A DNA stretch of 64,000 bases from Fibrobacterota bacterium (GTDB taxonomy: Bacteria; Fibrobacterota; Fibrobacteria; UBA11236), in contig JAQBPO010000067.1 in NCBI GenBank assembly GCA_028287465.1, positions 5,353 to 69,352 of the forward strand, in the 5' to 3' direction. This document shows positions 1 to 9,206 of the stretch, one piece after another. Every line of letters begins with the position of its first letter. Position 1 is the stretch's first letter. The notes under the pieces were generated by a model. That model was not told the origin of the DNA and made no database searches. It saw nothing but the letters and a program-made list of their open reading frames with translations. Position numbers and translations under genes: made by a program.

Positions 1-428
1 ACGCGGGCGGCCGCCCCCACCTGCTCATTGGTATAGGCGGCGATATCGTCCATGACGAAGTCCACGAAGCGGCCCTTCTCCTGCAGAAGGGACAAGAGCA
101 TCAGCGCTTCCGACCCGGGCTCGGAGGCGGTGTGGATGGGTTTGGGCGGCGCGGCGGGCTGGATGGCCGGAGCGGGCGCGGCGGTGGGTTTGGGCTCCGC
201 GGCGCTTCGGCCGTCGGCCAGGCCGCGGACCAGGAGGAAAAGCCAGAGGACGCAGAGCAGGAGGGCCAAGGCCAAGGCTTCCGCCAGGACCGTTTGGATG
301 CGCATACCCGCATCGCCCGCTCCCCGGGAGCCGATGAGCGCCCAGGCCGTCACCGCCGACAGGATCAAGGCGAGAAACAAGGCGATGCCCGCCGCCGTTC
401 GTAAAGGTTTCGTATCGTTCCTGACCAT
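1..428 (-). CDS. Partial CDS: small membrane protein whose 5' end is in the window and which runs off the left edge; possibly DUF2760-like
   Basis: ATG at 428 on the reverse strand, preceded by a GGGAGG RBS. Translation begins MVRNDTKPLRTAAGIALFLALILSAV, has a second hydrophobic segment, and ends LLSLLQEKGRFVDFVMDDIAAYTNEQVGAAAR. It is open to the window edge and is therefore absent from the ORF track. The opposite-strand ORF 52..456 is low-complexity antisense. Confidence 0.45.
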   Translation of the reverse strand, partial: MVRNDTKPLRTAAGIALFLALILSAVTAWALIGSRGAGDAGMRIQTVLAEALALALLLCVLWLFLLVRGLADGRSAAEPKPTAAPAPAIQPAAPPKPIHTASEPGSEALMLLSLLQEKGRFVDFVMDDIAAYTNEQVGAAAR

Positions 429-521
429 CCTGCCTCCCTGGGTGCGACGGGTATGAAATAGAATTCCGAGGCCGGGATCGAAAGCCCGGACTTGCGGGGT
501 TCGGTTACATTTAAGGGAAGT

Positions 522-1208
522 ATGGCCAAGAGCGGCGGAAATACCTTCAAGGGTGCGGTCTTCGATCTGGATGGACTGCTGATGGACAGCGAGCCGGTCT
601 GGAGATGGGCCCAGCAAATCGCCTTCACCGAATTGGGACTCTCCCTCTCGGAGACGATGCAGCATGCGACCACGGGTTTGCGCCTGTTTGAGGCCGTTGT
701 CGTATGGAAAGGCTATTTCCCGGAGGCGGATTTGGACCCGGAAAAGCTGAGGTCGAGACTGGTCGGCCTGGTGGCCGGAACCTTGCGCGATTCCGGACAG
801 CCCAAGCCCGGGGCGATCCGGGCCCTGGAAATCTGCGCGCAGGCCGGATGCCGTATGGCCATCGCCTCCTCATCGGCCCCCGAAGTCATCCATGCCGCCC
901 TGGATAGGTTGGATTCCCTGCATCCGGGGGCGAAGGGCTGGTTCCGGGAAATCCTGTCGGCGGAAGGGGAGATTCATGGGAAGCCCCACCCGGCCGTTTA
1001 CCTGTCCGCGGCGGCCAGGCTCGGGGTGGAGCCCCGCGAATGCATCGCCTTCGAGGATTCCGTGTTCGGTCTGAAATCGGCCCATGCCGCGGGAATGCAT
1101 TGCGTGGCGGTCCCGGAAGCCCATAATCGGGGCAGGACGGAATACGCCATCGCCCATCGGATCCTGGATTCCCTGGAAACGTTCAAACCGGAATATCTCA
1201 GCCCATGA
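522..1208 (+). CDS. HAD-superfamily hydrolase, subfamily IA (beta-phosphoglucomutase/phosphatase-like)
   Basis: Motif I FDLDGLLMDSE lies near the N-terminus when the start is MAKSGG at 522 (AAGGGAAG RBS). C-terminal FEDSxFG and HCVAV motifs are present. The stop overlaps the next ATG as ATGA. Confidence 0.8.
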   Translation: MAKSGGNTFKGAVFDLDGLLMDSEPVWRWAQQIAFTELGLSLSETMQHATTGLRLFEAVVVWKGYFPEADLDPEKLRSRLVGLVAGTLRDSGQPKPGAIRALEICAQAGCRMAIASSSAPEVIHAALDRLDSLHPGAKGWFREILSAEGEIHGKPHPAVYLSAAARLGVEPRECIAFEDSVFGLKSAHAAGMHCVAVPEAHNRGRTEYAIAHRILDSLETFKPEYLSP

Positions 1209-2032
1209 AAAAACGGAATACAATCGTATTGCGGCTTTCCATCCTGGTCGTTTCATCCTCCTGGGCCGGGAGCCGGGCCGAATCGCCTCCCCCATATGCC
1301 GACGGAAAGGTCAGGAGCATCGTGGTGGACAAGGGCCGTATCCGCGTCAAGGCACCGCGCGGCGGCTATCTTCCGGACGCCGACCTGTTGGGAGCCAAAC
1401 TGGTCGGCATGGACGAGGAGGGCCGGAGCGTGGCCTTCCGCATCGACAGCATCATCCCTTACCGCGACAGTATCGTGGACATGACCCTGTACTCCTTTTC
1501 CTCGCCGGATTCCCTGGGCCATTGGAACAACAGTTGCGGTCCGGATCGGATGGGCCGGCGCAGGGGGTTCGTGATGGAGGGTTACTTCGACGCGAAGGCC
1601 CTCCAAGTCGAGGATTCCTCCGCCTTCACCGTCACGTGCACGAGCGGCTCCGCGGGTAAATGCGTGCTTTTCGGATATGGGCCCTGGCTGAAGGGAACGG
1701 ATGGGTCGTCCATCAAGCCCTTGTTCCAGGCCTGCACGCGGATGGTGCGCGCGGATTATTGCGGGGACGGGACGCCCCATACCCGCAATGGGACCTTCAT
1801 CGAGCTCTGGGATTATAAGGGCATCCAAGGCGATGATCACCGGTCGCCCAACCGCTTCGAGGCGTCGTGGGCGCCGGAGGGCGCGGTCTGGATCAAGCGG
1901 ACCCGGATCCCCGAGGTCGCCACCCTCGATTCCATCGCCAAAGAGTGCCCGGAGCGTTACCGGACCAAAATGAGCGTTCCTTCCGATACTCTGGGTTTTG
2001 GCGAAGCCGTCTTATTCAATCGATCCCGGTGA
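1205..2032 (+). CDS. Secreted ADYC-domain protein (signal peptide; conserved ADYCGDGTPHTRNGT segment)
   Basis: N-terminal signal MKKRNTIVLRLSILVVSSSWAGS, and the ADYCGDG motif typical of ADYC-domain proteins. Confidence 0.6.
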   Translation: MKKRNTIVLRLSILVVSSSWAGSRAESPPPYADGKVRSIVVDKGRIRVKAPRGGYLPDADLLGAKLVGMDEEGRSVAFRIDSIIPYRDSIVDMTLYSFSSPDSLGHWNNSCGPDRMGRRRGFVMEGYFDAKALQVEDSSAFTVTCTSGSAGKCVLFGYGPWLKGTDGSSIKPLFQACTRMVRADYCGDGTPHTRNGTFIELWDYKGIQGDDHRSPNRFEASWAPEGAVWIKRTRIPEVATLDSIAKECPERYRTKMSVPSDTLGFGEAVLFNRSR

Positions 2033-2148
2033 CGTGGATCACAGGGTCAAATCGGCCCCGATTCACTACTTAGATTTTGGGAATCGGATGGGCGCCTTGT
2101 TGGACCTCGCCTATCTTCAGGCCTCCCCTAATCTTTATGGAGGTCTAA

Positions 2149-2736
2149 ATGGAATACAACATCACCCGATTGGCCGTCTGCCTTGTCATGACCGGTTTCG
2201 CGATGGCGCATGCGGGATTGAATGCGACGAATGGGTTGAATTCAATGAACGGTTTGAGCGGGGCCAATGGCTTGAACGCGATGAATGGCTTGAACGCGAT
2301 GAATGGCTTGAACTCACAGAATGGTTTGAACACCGCCAATGGGTTGAATGCAACGAATGGATTGAATGCGCAAAACGGTTTGGGCTCGGTCAATGGGTTG
2401 AACGCCATGAACGGTTTGAACGCAGGGAATGGTTTGAGCGCAACGAACGGATTGGGTAGTGCCAATGGGCTTAACGGGGCCAATGGCTTGAATGGAGCTA
2501 ATGGCTTGAATGGAGCTAATGGTTTTAATGGGTCCAATGGTTTGTCAGGCGTCAATGGCTTACAGGCAGCGAATGGCTTCAACACCGCCAATGGCCTTTC
2601 CGCCTCGAACGGAACGGCGGCGGCCTCGGTGGCTCCGGCGGCATTTGTCGCGCCGAAAAGCGTTCCCGGCGTCACGGTCAACCCCAAGAATACCGTGATC
2701 CACCTAGTTGGGATAGTCCTGGCTAACGGAAAGTAG
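2149..2736 (+). CDS. Secreted low-complexity protein made of 22 tandem GLNxxN hexapeptide repeats
   Basis: GGAGG RBS. Signal peptide MEYNITRLAVCLVMTGFAMAHA, then GLNATN GLNSMN GLSGAN GLNAMN ... for 22 units, then a short hydrophobic C-terminal tail. The opposite-strand ORF 2145..2687 (KPLAPF repeats) is the mirror artefact. Confidence 0.7.
   Translation: MEYNITRLAVCLVMTGFAMAHAGLNATNGLNSMNGLSGANGLNAMNGLNAMNGLNSQNGLNTANGLNATNGLNAQNGLGSVNGLNAMNGLNAGNGLSATNGLGSANGLNGANGLNGANGLNGANGFNGSNGLSGVNGLQAANGFNTANGLSASNGTAAASVAPAAFVAPKSVPGVTVNPKNTVIHLVGIVLANGK
2215..2610. repeat. 18-bp tandem repeat, about 22 copies, with consensus near aatggcttgaacgcgatg; codes for the GLNxxN units
   Basis: Direct reading of the sequence. 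The period of 18 nt is a multiple of 3, so copy-number change would keep the reading frame. Confidence 0.85.
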
Positions 2737-2816
2737 ACTTCGCCAGAAGCCCTTTCGATAGCTATGGACCGGAGCGAGGAGAGGATCGGGGAAACCCGTT
2801 TCCTACCGGCTCCGGT

Positions 2817-3284
2817 TCAGTCCGTTAGGCCGAACTCCCGCATCGCGGGAGGGAAGTTCCGGTTCTCATGCCCGGGGCGGCTGAGCTTGACCAAAGCGAA
2901 GCGTTGCAACGGATGCAAGGACGCCCAAGCCGCCAAGGGAAGTTCCATTCCCAGGGCATGGGCTTGTTCCAGTACTTGTTCGGGCACCAGATCGGCATTC
3001 TCCCAGACGGTTTCCGGCAGCTCAGGCAGCATGGAGGGCCGCGCTCCGGAGGATTCCTCCGCCATCCGGGATACCGCTTCGCGATAGGCTTCGATTTCCG
3101 TTTCCGTCCCGCACGGCTTCGAGGCCAGTTCCAGCCTCTGGTCCCGGGACAGCTTGGACCATTCGTTCAGCTTGAGCTTCACGCCTGTAATGTCCAGACG
3201 CATGCGGACCGCCATGGGGATGCAGCGCAGGCTGTCCACGAAATCCGCTTCGAATCCGAAGAATTCCGATCCGGGGTCCTGCAT
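2817..3284 (-). CDS. Nitrate reductase-associated protein (small conserved partner found in NasA clusters)
   Basis: 155 aa. Its start ATG overlaps the nasA stop (CTGATGCAG). Contains the conserved segment DITGVKLKLNEWSKLSRDQRLELASKPCGTETE. Confidence 0.6.
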   Translation of the reverse strand: MQDPGSEFFGFEADFVDSLRCIPMAVRMRLDITGVKLKLNEWSKLSRDQRLELASKPCGTETEIEAYREAVSRMAEESSGARPSMLPELPETVWENADLVPEQVLEQAHALGMELPLAAWASLHPLQRFALVKLSRPGHENRNFPPAMREFGLTD

Positions 3285-5521
3285 CAGGAGGGATCCTTTT
3301 CCACCCTGACCGCGCAATGCTTGTAGGAAGGCTGGCGCGAGTGGGGATCGAAGGAGGGGAAGGTCAGCCGGTTGACCTCGACGTCGTGCATGGGCATGAA
3401 CAATTGCCCGGGCTGGACGGTGGAAGCCACGGAGGCGCGGGCTCGGGCCTGGCCGCGGCGGGACCGGACCAGGACCCAGTCCCCGGAAGCGATCTTGAGC
3501 CGGGAGGCGTCCTCGGGGTGGATCTCCACCAGGGAATCGGCGGGATAGAGCTTGCGGAGCACGGCGGATTTCCCGGTGCGGGTATTGGTGTGCCATTGGG
3601 CCGAGGAACCGCGGCCGGTCAGGAGGGCGAAGGGAAACTCGGAGGTTACGGGCTCGGGGATGGGCTGCGGCGGGCTGAACTTGAATTTCGCCTTGCCGTC
3701 CGGATGGTAATACCGGCCATCCTCGAATAGGCGCCGTTCCCGGACGATGGGCCGGGCCGGGGTTCCGGCGCCGGGTCCTTCCGGATCCGGGGAGGCGGGA
3801 AGGGGCCATTGGATGCCCCCTTCCCGATCGATCATGCGGTAGTCCGTGATGCCGGTGAAATCGCAGGGGCGGCCCGCCGATAGCCTGGCCATCATCCGGA
3901 AGGCCTGTTCCGGCGTATCCATGTCCTTGAAGAGGGATTCGCATCCCCAGTATTTGGCGATGAGCTTGAAGATGTAGAAGTCCGCCAGGGCCTGGCCGGG
4001 GGCGGGATGGACCTTTTTGAACAGGCCCATGCGCCGTTCGGAGTTGATGACCACGCCTTCCTTCTCCCCCCAGGCGGCCGAGGGCAGGACCAGATGGGCG
4101 AGCTTGGCCGTGTCGGTATCGTGGTACATGTCCTGGACCACCAGGAATTCCAGCTTGGCCGCCGCGCGCCGGAAGTCCTCCTGATCGACCCAGGAGTGCG
4201 CGGGATTCGTCGCGATGACCCAGAGCGCCTTGATGCGGCCCGCGTTCACGCCTTCGATGATCTGATCATAGGCCAGGCCCGGCTTGTCCTGGATGATGCC
4301 GGCGTCGATGCCGAGGATTCCGGCCACCTCTTCGCGGTGCTTCGGATCCTTGAACTCGCGGCCGCCCGGGAGACCGGTGGTATTGCTGAAGAGGCGGGAT
4401 CCCATGGCATTGACCTGGCCGGTGATCGAGTTCGCGCCCGTGCCCGGCTTGCCCATATTCCCCGTCATCAGGGCCAGGTTGATGATGGCCTGGGCCGTGC
4501 GCACGCCCTCGTGGCTCTGGTTCACGCCCATGGTCCACCACAAGGATACGCGTTTGCCCGGGCGCAGGGACTCCGCGAACTCCATCATGCGGGCCTCGCC
4601 CAGGCCGGTAATCCTCCCTACCGCGGCCGGATCGAAGGTCTTCACGTGTTCGCGGAACTCCTCGAACCCGGTGGTATGGGCCTCCAGATAGTCCCGGTCG
4701 ATCCAGCCCTCGCGGATGAGGATGTGGGCGAGGCCGTAAAGCAGGGTGAGATCGGATTTGGGCTGCAGGGGATAATGGCGGGTGGCGGCCAAGGCGGTTT
4801 CCGTCTGGCGCGGATCCACCACGATGATTTCCGGGTTGCGCTTATTCATCATCACGCGTTCCCACATGATGGGATGGGCGATGCAGGGGTTCGCGCCGAA
4901 GAAGACGATCACGTCCGACTCTTCGAAATCCTTGTACGAAAACGGAGGCGCATCGAATCCGAAGGATTGCTTATAGGCGACGTGCGATGTGGCCATGCAT
5001 TGGCGCGTATTGGCGTCCCCGTGCACCAGCCCCATGCCGAACTTGGCCAGGAGGCCGAGCGCGAACATCTCTTCCGTGGGGATCTGCCCCGTACTCAGGA
5101 AGGCGGCGGCTTCCTTGCCATGGAAGGCGAGGACGGATTTGAACTTGTCGGTGAAGACGCGGAGGGCCTGATCCCAGTCGACGGGAGCGAGAGCGCCGTC
5201 CGGGCCGCGCAATAGGGGAAGGGCGGCGCGGTCATCGGCCTTCAGGGGGGTCAATGCCTCCCAACCCTTGGGGCAGGCCATCCCCAGGTTGACGGGGTAC
5301 TCCGGATCGGGCGTGAGGTTCACGGCCTTTCCGTCCTTCAGGTGGATCTTGAGCCCGCATCCCGTGGAGCAGAATCCGCAGACCATGGAAGTGGTGGAAT
5401 CGGGTTGCAGGCGTTCAGGGGTCTTGCCCAGGCCGAACCGGCCCGGGGACAGGACCATCTCATGGGTCAGCTTGCCGGTGCGTTGCCGCATGAATCCGGC
5501 GAATCTGTCTTTCAAATCCAT
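3284..5521 (-). CDS. nasA: Assimilatory nitrate reductase catalytic subunit (molybdopterin oxidoreductase, NasA/NarB type); cytoplasmic, with no twin-arginine motif
   Basis: N-terminal 4Fe-4S motif [13 protein letters not shown]-binding regions are conserved along the full length. 745 aa. Confidence 0.9.
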   Translation of the reverse strand: MDLKDRFAGFMRQRTGKLTHEMVLSPGRFGLGKTPERLQPDSTTSMVCGFCSTGCGLKIHLKDGKAVNLTPDPEYPVNLGMACPKGWEALTPLKADDRAALPLLRGPDGALAPVDWDQALRVFTDKFKSVLAFHGKEAAAFLSTGQIPTEEMFALGLLAKFGMGLVHGDANTRQCMATSHVAYKQSFGFDAPPFSYKDFEESDVIVFFGANPCIAHPIMWERVMMNKRNPEIIVVDPRQTETALAATRHYPLQPKSDLTLLYGLAHILIREGWIDRDYLEAHTTGFEEFREHVKTFDPAAVGRITGLGEARMMEFAESLRPGKRVSLWWTMGVNQSHEGVRTAQAIINLALMTGNMGKPGTGANSITGQVNAMGSRLFSNTTGLPGGREFKDPKHREEVAGILGIDAGIIQDKPGLAYDQIIEGVNAGRIKALWVIATNPAHSWVDQEDFRRAAAKLEFLVVQDMYHDTDTAKLAHLVLPSAAWGEKEGVVINSERRMGLFKKVHPAPGQALADFYIFKLIAKYWGCESLFKDMDTPEQAFRMMARLSAGRPCDFTGITDYRMIDREGGIQWPLPASPDPEGPGAGTPARPIVRERRLFEDGRYYHPDGKAKFKFSPPQPIPEPVTSEFPFALLTGRGSSAQWHTNTRTGKSAVLRKLYPADSLVEIHPEDASRLKIASGDWVLVRSRRGQARARASVASTVQPGQLFMPMHDVEVNRLTFPSFDPHSRQPSYKHCAVRVEKDPS

Positions 5522-5607
5522 GGATGAACGTCCCCTCGATGACCGCAGTATACTTTTTTCGCGGCATGCCTGCTACCGGCCGCTCGGACGCATTCCGGCC
5601 TAGGTGG

Positions 5608-7350
5608 TCAAGCGCCCGGCATCCTCGGCGGCACGCAGGCGGAAAAGAACAGGTAGCGTTCCAGGCATTCGCCTGCGAGAAGCAAGGCCAGGACGGAGAC
5701 GGAAAGCAAGGCATCGGCAGGGCCCGTCCCCGCGAAACCCCGATAAAGCCAGAGGATGGGAAGCAGGAAGCCTCCTGCCAGACCGGCATTGAAGCGCCAG
5801 GCATGCGTGGAACGCAATTCCCCGCGGAGCAGCAGGGCCGCTTTCTTGAGCGGGTTGGCCTCCTGGTCGTCCAGGTGGCGGTGGATGCGCGCTTCGCAAG
5901 CGAGTTTGGCGATCAAGGCCAGCGGCAGTGCCATGGTAAGGCCGAGCGCGAGATGCGGGATCGATTCTCCCGTGATTCCGGAGCAGGAGATGAGGGCCAG
6001 CAGGCCGGCGGCGCCGGTGAGGGCGGCGGTGAGGAAGAACTTCCCGGAAGTGAGGCGCGTCGCCCAAAGCGCGCGGGGCGTGTCCCGGTAGACCATGGCG
6101 GAACAATGCACGGCGAGTGCCGCCGATACCGCTAGAGCGATGCGGACCCAACCCGCGGATGCGTATCGGCCCAGGTCCGCAATCCAGGAGGAGGGCCCGG
6201 CTTCGAGGCCGAAGAGCGGAAGCGGAACGCCCGTCGCGGCACGCGATGCGATCAGGGCCGTCAAGGCGGTTCCCGCGGCGGCGGCCATGGCGAGGCCGCC
6301 GAGAAGCCCGAAGGCGACGATTTCGCGGCTGAGCCAGGAACGGCGGAACCCGAGTACGGCGCGGAAGGCATACAGGGGGCGGCCGAGATGGGTGATGCTG
6401 ACGGCGATGGCGACGGACATCAGTAAGGCGCCCAGGGCATGGGCCCATGCCTGGAAGAAAGGTTCGGCGGGGAGCAGGCCCGAAAGCGAGCCGGCCTCCA
6501 GGGCGATGAAGAACCCGGCGGCCATCTGGGACAGGGTCAGCATGAACACCAGGGGGAAATGCGCCTTTTCCTTCTTCAACCTGTATGCATCGGCCGCTTC
6601 CATGCCGGCGGGGAACTTGCGCGCGGTGCGGTAGCGGGTGGTGGGCTTGGTGTACGCGGGATCGGGCGCGCCGGGCAAGGCCGCGTAGTCGGCGAAATTC
6701 GCGCGGACTTCGGCTTGATCCACGAGGGAGATGCGGATGGCCTTGGTGGGGCAGGCCTGCACGCAGGCGGGGGCCTCGCCAGACTCCAGGCGGCCGATGC
6801 ACATGTCGCATTTGCGCACGATGCCTTTGCCCTTGTGGTATTGCGGTACGTCGTACGGGCATTTCAGGATGCAGTATTCGCAGCCGATGCACTGGTCGTC
6901 CAGGTGCCTGACGATGCCGGTGACCGGATCCTTTTCGTAGGCTTTGACCGGGCAGCCGTGGGAGCAGGCGGGCTCCAGGCAATGCTGGCAGGCGGTGGTG
7001 ACGGTCTGCTGCAGGGGCTTGCCGATCACGTTGTGGATGAGCCCGACCGAGCGCCAGGTTTCATCCTCGTCCAGCCCGTTGAGATTGTGGCAGGCGGTGA
7101 CGCAGGCCTTGCAACCCGTGCAGCGATCCAGGTCGACTTCGAAGGCGTATTGCTGTCCGGGCCGCGGTTTTTCCAGGGGAAGGAGATCCCGGTAATGGCT
7201 TTCCAGGCGCGGCTTGGCCCCCAGGGCATGCATGTCGTCATGGAGCCCGGAAAACCGCTCCACGGCGGTCAGGTTCTGCTGCTCCTCGAGATAGGCGCCG
7301 ATCAAGGCGGGCCCGTCCCCGAGGAACTTGGAAAGGGAGGGCTTGATCAT
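5608..7350 (-). CDS. Fusion of a 4Fe-4S dicluster ferredoxin domain (DmsB/NrfC-like) with a DmsC/NrfD-like polytopic membrane anchor
   Basis: Start MIKPSL at 7350, overlapping the cysJ-like stop (TGATG). There are four Cys clusters (CTGCKACVTAC, CQHCLEPACSHGCP, CIGCEYCILKCP, CDMCIGR...CVQACP). The C-terminal 350 aa or so form many hydrophobic helices. Confidence 0.75.
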   Translation of the reverse strand: MIKPSLSKFLGDGPALIGAYLEEQQNLTAVERFSGLHDDMHALGAKPRLESHYRDLLPLEKPRPGQQYAFEVDLDRCTGCKACVTACHNLNGLDEDETWRSVGLIHNVIGKPLQQTVTTACQHCLEPACSHGCPVKAYEKDPVTGIVRHLDDQCIGCEYCILKCPYDVPQYHKGKGIVRKCDMCIGRLESGEAPACVQACPTKAIRISLVDQAEVRANFADYAALPGAPDPAYTKPTTRYRTARKFPAGMEAADAYRLKKEKAHFPLVFMLTLSQMAAGFFIALEAGSLSGLLPAEPFFQAWAHALGALLMSVAIAVSITHLGRPLYAFRAVLGFRRSWLSREIVAFGLLGGLAMAAAAGTALTALIASRAATGVPLPLFGLEAGPSSWIADLGRYASAGWVRIALAVSAALAVHCSAMVYRDTPRALWATRLTSGKFFLTAALTGAAGLLALISCSGITGESIPHLALGLTMALPLALIAKLACEARIHRHLDDQEANPLKKAALLLRGELRSTHAWRFNAGLAGGFLLPILWLYRGFAGTGPADALLSVSVLALLLAGECLERYLFFSACVPPRMPGA

Positions 7351-9206
7351 CAGTACACGTCCCGCTGGTAGCGCTTCTGTTCCTTCATGCGATCCAGGTA
7401 GGCGCGGGCCTCTTCGGGGCCCTTGCCGCCTTCCTTGGCGATTACCCGCTGCAGGGCCTCGTCCACGTCCTTGGCCATGCGCTTGGCGTCGCCGCAGACG
7501 TAGAAATGGGCTCCTTCTTCCAGCCATGCATAGAGCTCCTTGGAGCGTTCCGCCATGCGGGTCTGGACATAGACCTTCTCCTCCTGGTCCCGCGAAAAGG
7601 CGAGGTCCATGCGGGTGAGGAATCCGGAGGCCTGCATGGCCACGAACTCTTCGCTATAGAGGAAGTCGTACCGGCGGCGCTGATCGCCGAAGAAAAGCCA
7701 ATTCTTGCCCGTATCACCCAGGTGACGGCGCTCCTGGAGGAAGGCGCGGAAGGGGGCGATGCCGGTTCCGGGGCCGACCATGATGATGGGCGTCCCCGCC
7801 ACGGAGGGCGGGGCGAAATGGGCGGCCGGCTGCACGAAGACGGGAACGGTCATGCCCAGGGGGACGCGTTCGGCAAGGAAGGTCGAAGCCACGCCGCGGC
7901 GGAGGCGTCCGCCCGCGCTGTAGCGGACCACGCCCACGGTGAGATGCACCTCGCCCGGATTCTCCTTGGGCGAGCTGGAAATGGAATACAGGCGCGGGGC
8001 GAGCTTGCCCAGGGTGCCGGTCAGTTCCTTGGCGTCCAGGCGGGTGTGCGGGAAATCCTCCAGAACGTCGAGCAGGTCGTTGTCCGCGAGGTAGATCCGC
8101 ATCCTTTCGCCATCGTTGAGGAGTTCGTAAAGGCGCCTCTTCTCGGACTGGTTGCGGCAGACTTCAAGGAGGCACTTCAGCAGCCGGTCGGAACCGCGGC
8201 GCAAGTCCAGCTTGGAGATGAGAGCGGTGCGGAGGGCGATTTCCCCGTCGCCGTCCACGACGATCTTCTCGTTGCCCAGGCAGTTGAGGGAAAGGATGAT
8301 GCGGTCGACCAGATCGTAGCAGTTGCGGGGAACGATGCCCAAGGCGTCGCCAACGCGGTATTCGAGACCGCTCCCCAGCAGGGAGATGGCGATATGGCGC
8401 GTGTCCTTGGCGGACCCTTTGGCGTTCAAGGGATGGTTCTCCAGCAAGGAGGCCTGGAACGGGTTCTTGCGGTTGTAGACGGCGGCGGGCTTGGCCGAAG
8501 CGGAGCCTTCGGGCATGGCGGCATTGCCGGCCTGGGTGCCGGTCGCGTTGGAACCGGCGGCCGTAATGGCGGGCGCACTCGAGATGAAGGCGTCGACCGC
8601 CCCGAGGGCCTCGTTCATCCAGGCTTCGGTGCGGGCTTCATAGTCGGTGTCGCATTCGCAGAGCGGAAGGAGGCGTTTCGCCCCCAGTCCGGCGAAGCGG
8701 GAATCGAGGTTCTTGCCGGCTTGGCAGAAGCGGGTGTAATTGCGATCGCCCAGGCCCAATACCGCGAAGCTCAGATGGGGCATGGCCGGCGCTTCCGGAG
8801 CCTTAAGCCAATCCCAGAAGGCGACGGCGTTATCAGGCATGTCTCCATCGCCCCAGGTGCTGGTAAGCATGAGGATATGATTGACCGATGCCCACTCGAC
8901 TTCCTTGAACTTTTCCATGCCGAGGACGCTCGGCGCGACCCGGGCCCCGCCTGCGAAGGAATGGGCCTTCAGTTTGTCGGCCAGGGATTGCGCCAGGCCT
9001 TCGACCGTCCCCGATTGGGAACCATAAAGGACCAGCACGGGCATGGCGGGCAAAGCCGGAGCCCGGGCGATCGGAGCGGCGGCGCGCGACCCGGAGGCGG
9101 ACGCGAAGGTTGTATTGGACAATCCGGCCAGGAAGCCGTTCAGCCACATCCGTTGATCGACGCTGAAGGGCGCGGATTCGGGAAGGAAGGGCGCGTTCTG
9201 GCTCAT
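7350..9206 (-). CDS. NADPH-dependent flavoprotein reductase of the sulfite reductase alpha (CysJ) / cytochrome P450 reductase type, with flavodoxin and FAD/NADP domains; probable electron donor for NirA/NasA
   Basis: Start MSQNAPF at 9206, overlapping the nirA stop as ATGA. Flavodoxin region VLVLYGSQSGTVEGLA. The FAD/NADPH region includes RLYSISSS, GPGTGIAPFRAF and a YVCGDAKRMAKDV tail. Confidence 0.8.
   Translation of the reverse strand: MSQNAPFLPESAPFSVDQRMWLNGFLAGLSNTTFASASGSRAAAPIARAPALPAMPVLVLYGSQSGTVEGLAQSLADKLKAHSFAGGARVAPSVLGMEKFKEVEWASVNHILMLTSTWGDGDMPDNAVAFWDWLKAPEAPAMPHLSFAVLGLGDRNYTRFCQAGKNLDSRFAGLGAKRLLPLCECDTDYEARTEAWMNEALGAVDAFISSAPAITAAGSNATGTQAGNAAMPEGSASAKPAAVYNRKNPFQASLLENHPLNAKGSAKDTRHIAISLLGSGLEYRVGDALGIVPRNCYDLVDRIILSLNCLGNEKIVVDGDGEIALRTALISKLDLRRGSDRLLKCLLEVCRNQSEKRRLYELLNDGERMRIYLADNDLLDVLEDFPHTRLDAKELTGTLGKLAPRLYSISSSPKENPGEVHLTVGVVRYSAGGRLRRGVASTFLAERVPLGMTVPVFVQPAAHFAPPSVAGTPIIMVGPGTGIAPFRAFLQERRHLGDTGKNWLFFGDQRRRYDFLYSEEFVAMQASGFLTRMDLAFSRDQEEKVYVQTRMAERSKELYAWLEEGAHFYVCGDAKRMAKDVDEALQRVIAKEGGKGPEEARAYLDRMKEQKRYQRDVY

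Noticed and set aside
2145-2687. 180-aa minus-strand ORF with KPLAPF repeats
   Set aside because: It is the reverse-complement reading of the 18-bp repeat. The plus strand has the signal peptide and the RBS.
4007-5215. 402-aa ORF on the plus strand opposite nasA
   Set aside because: It is the antisense frame of the molybdopterin oxidoreductase gene. It has no domain features and GC-rich junk codons.
5600-6982. 460-aa ORF on the minus strand in another frame of the FeS/DmsC gene
   Set aside because: It overlaps the real FeS/DmsC gene in another frame. The translation is R/P/G-rich low-complexity sequence.
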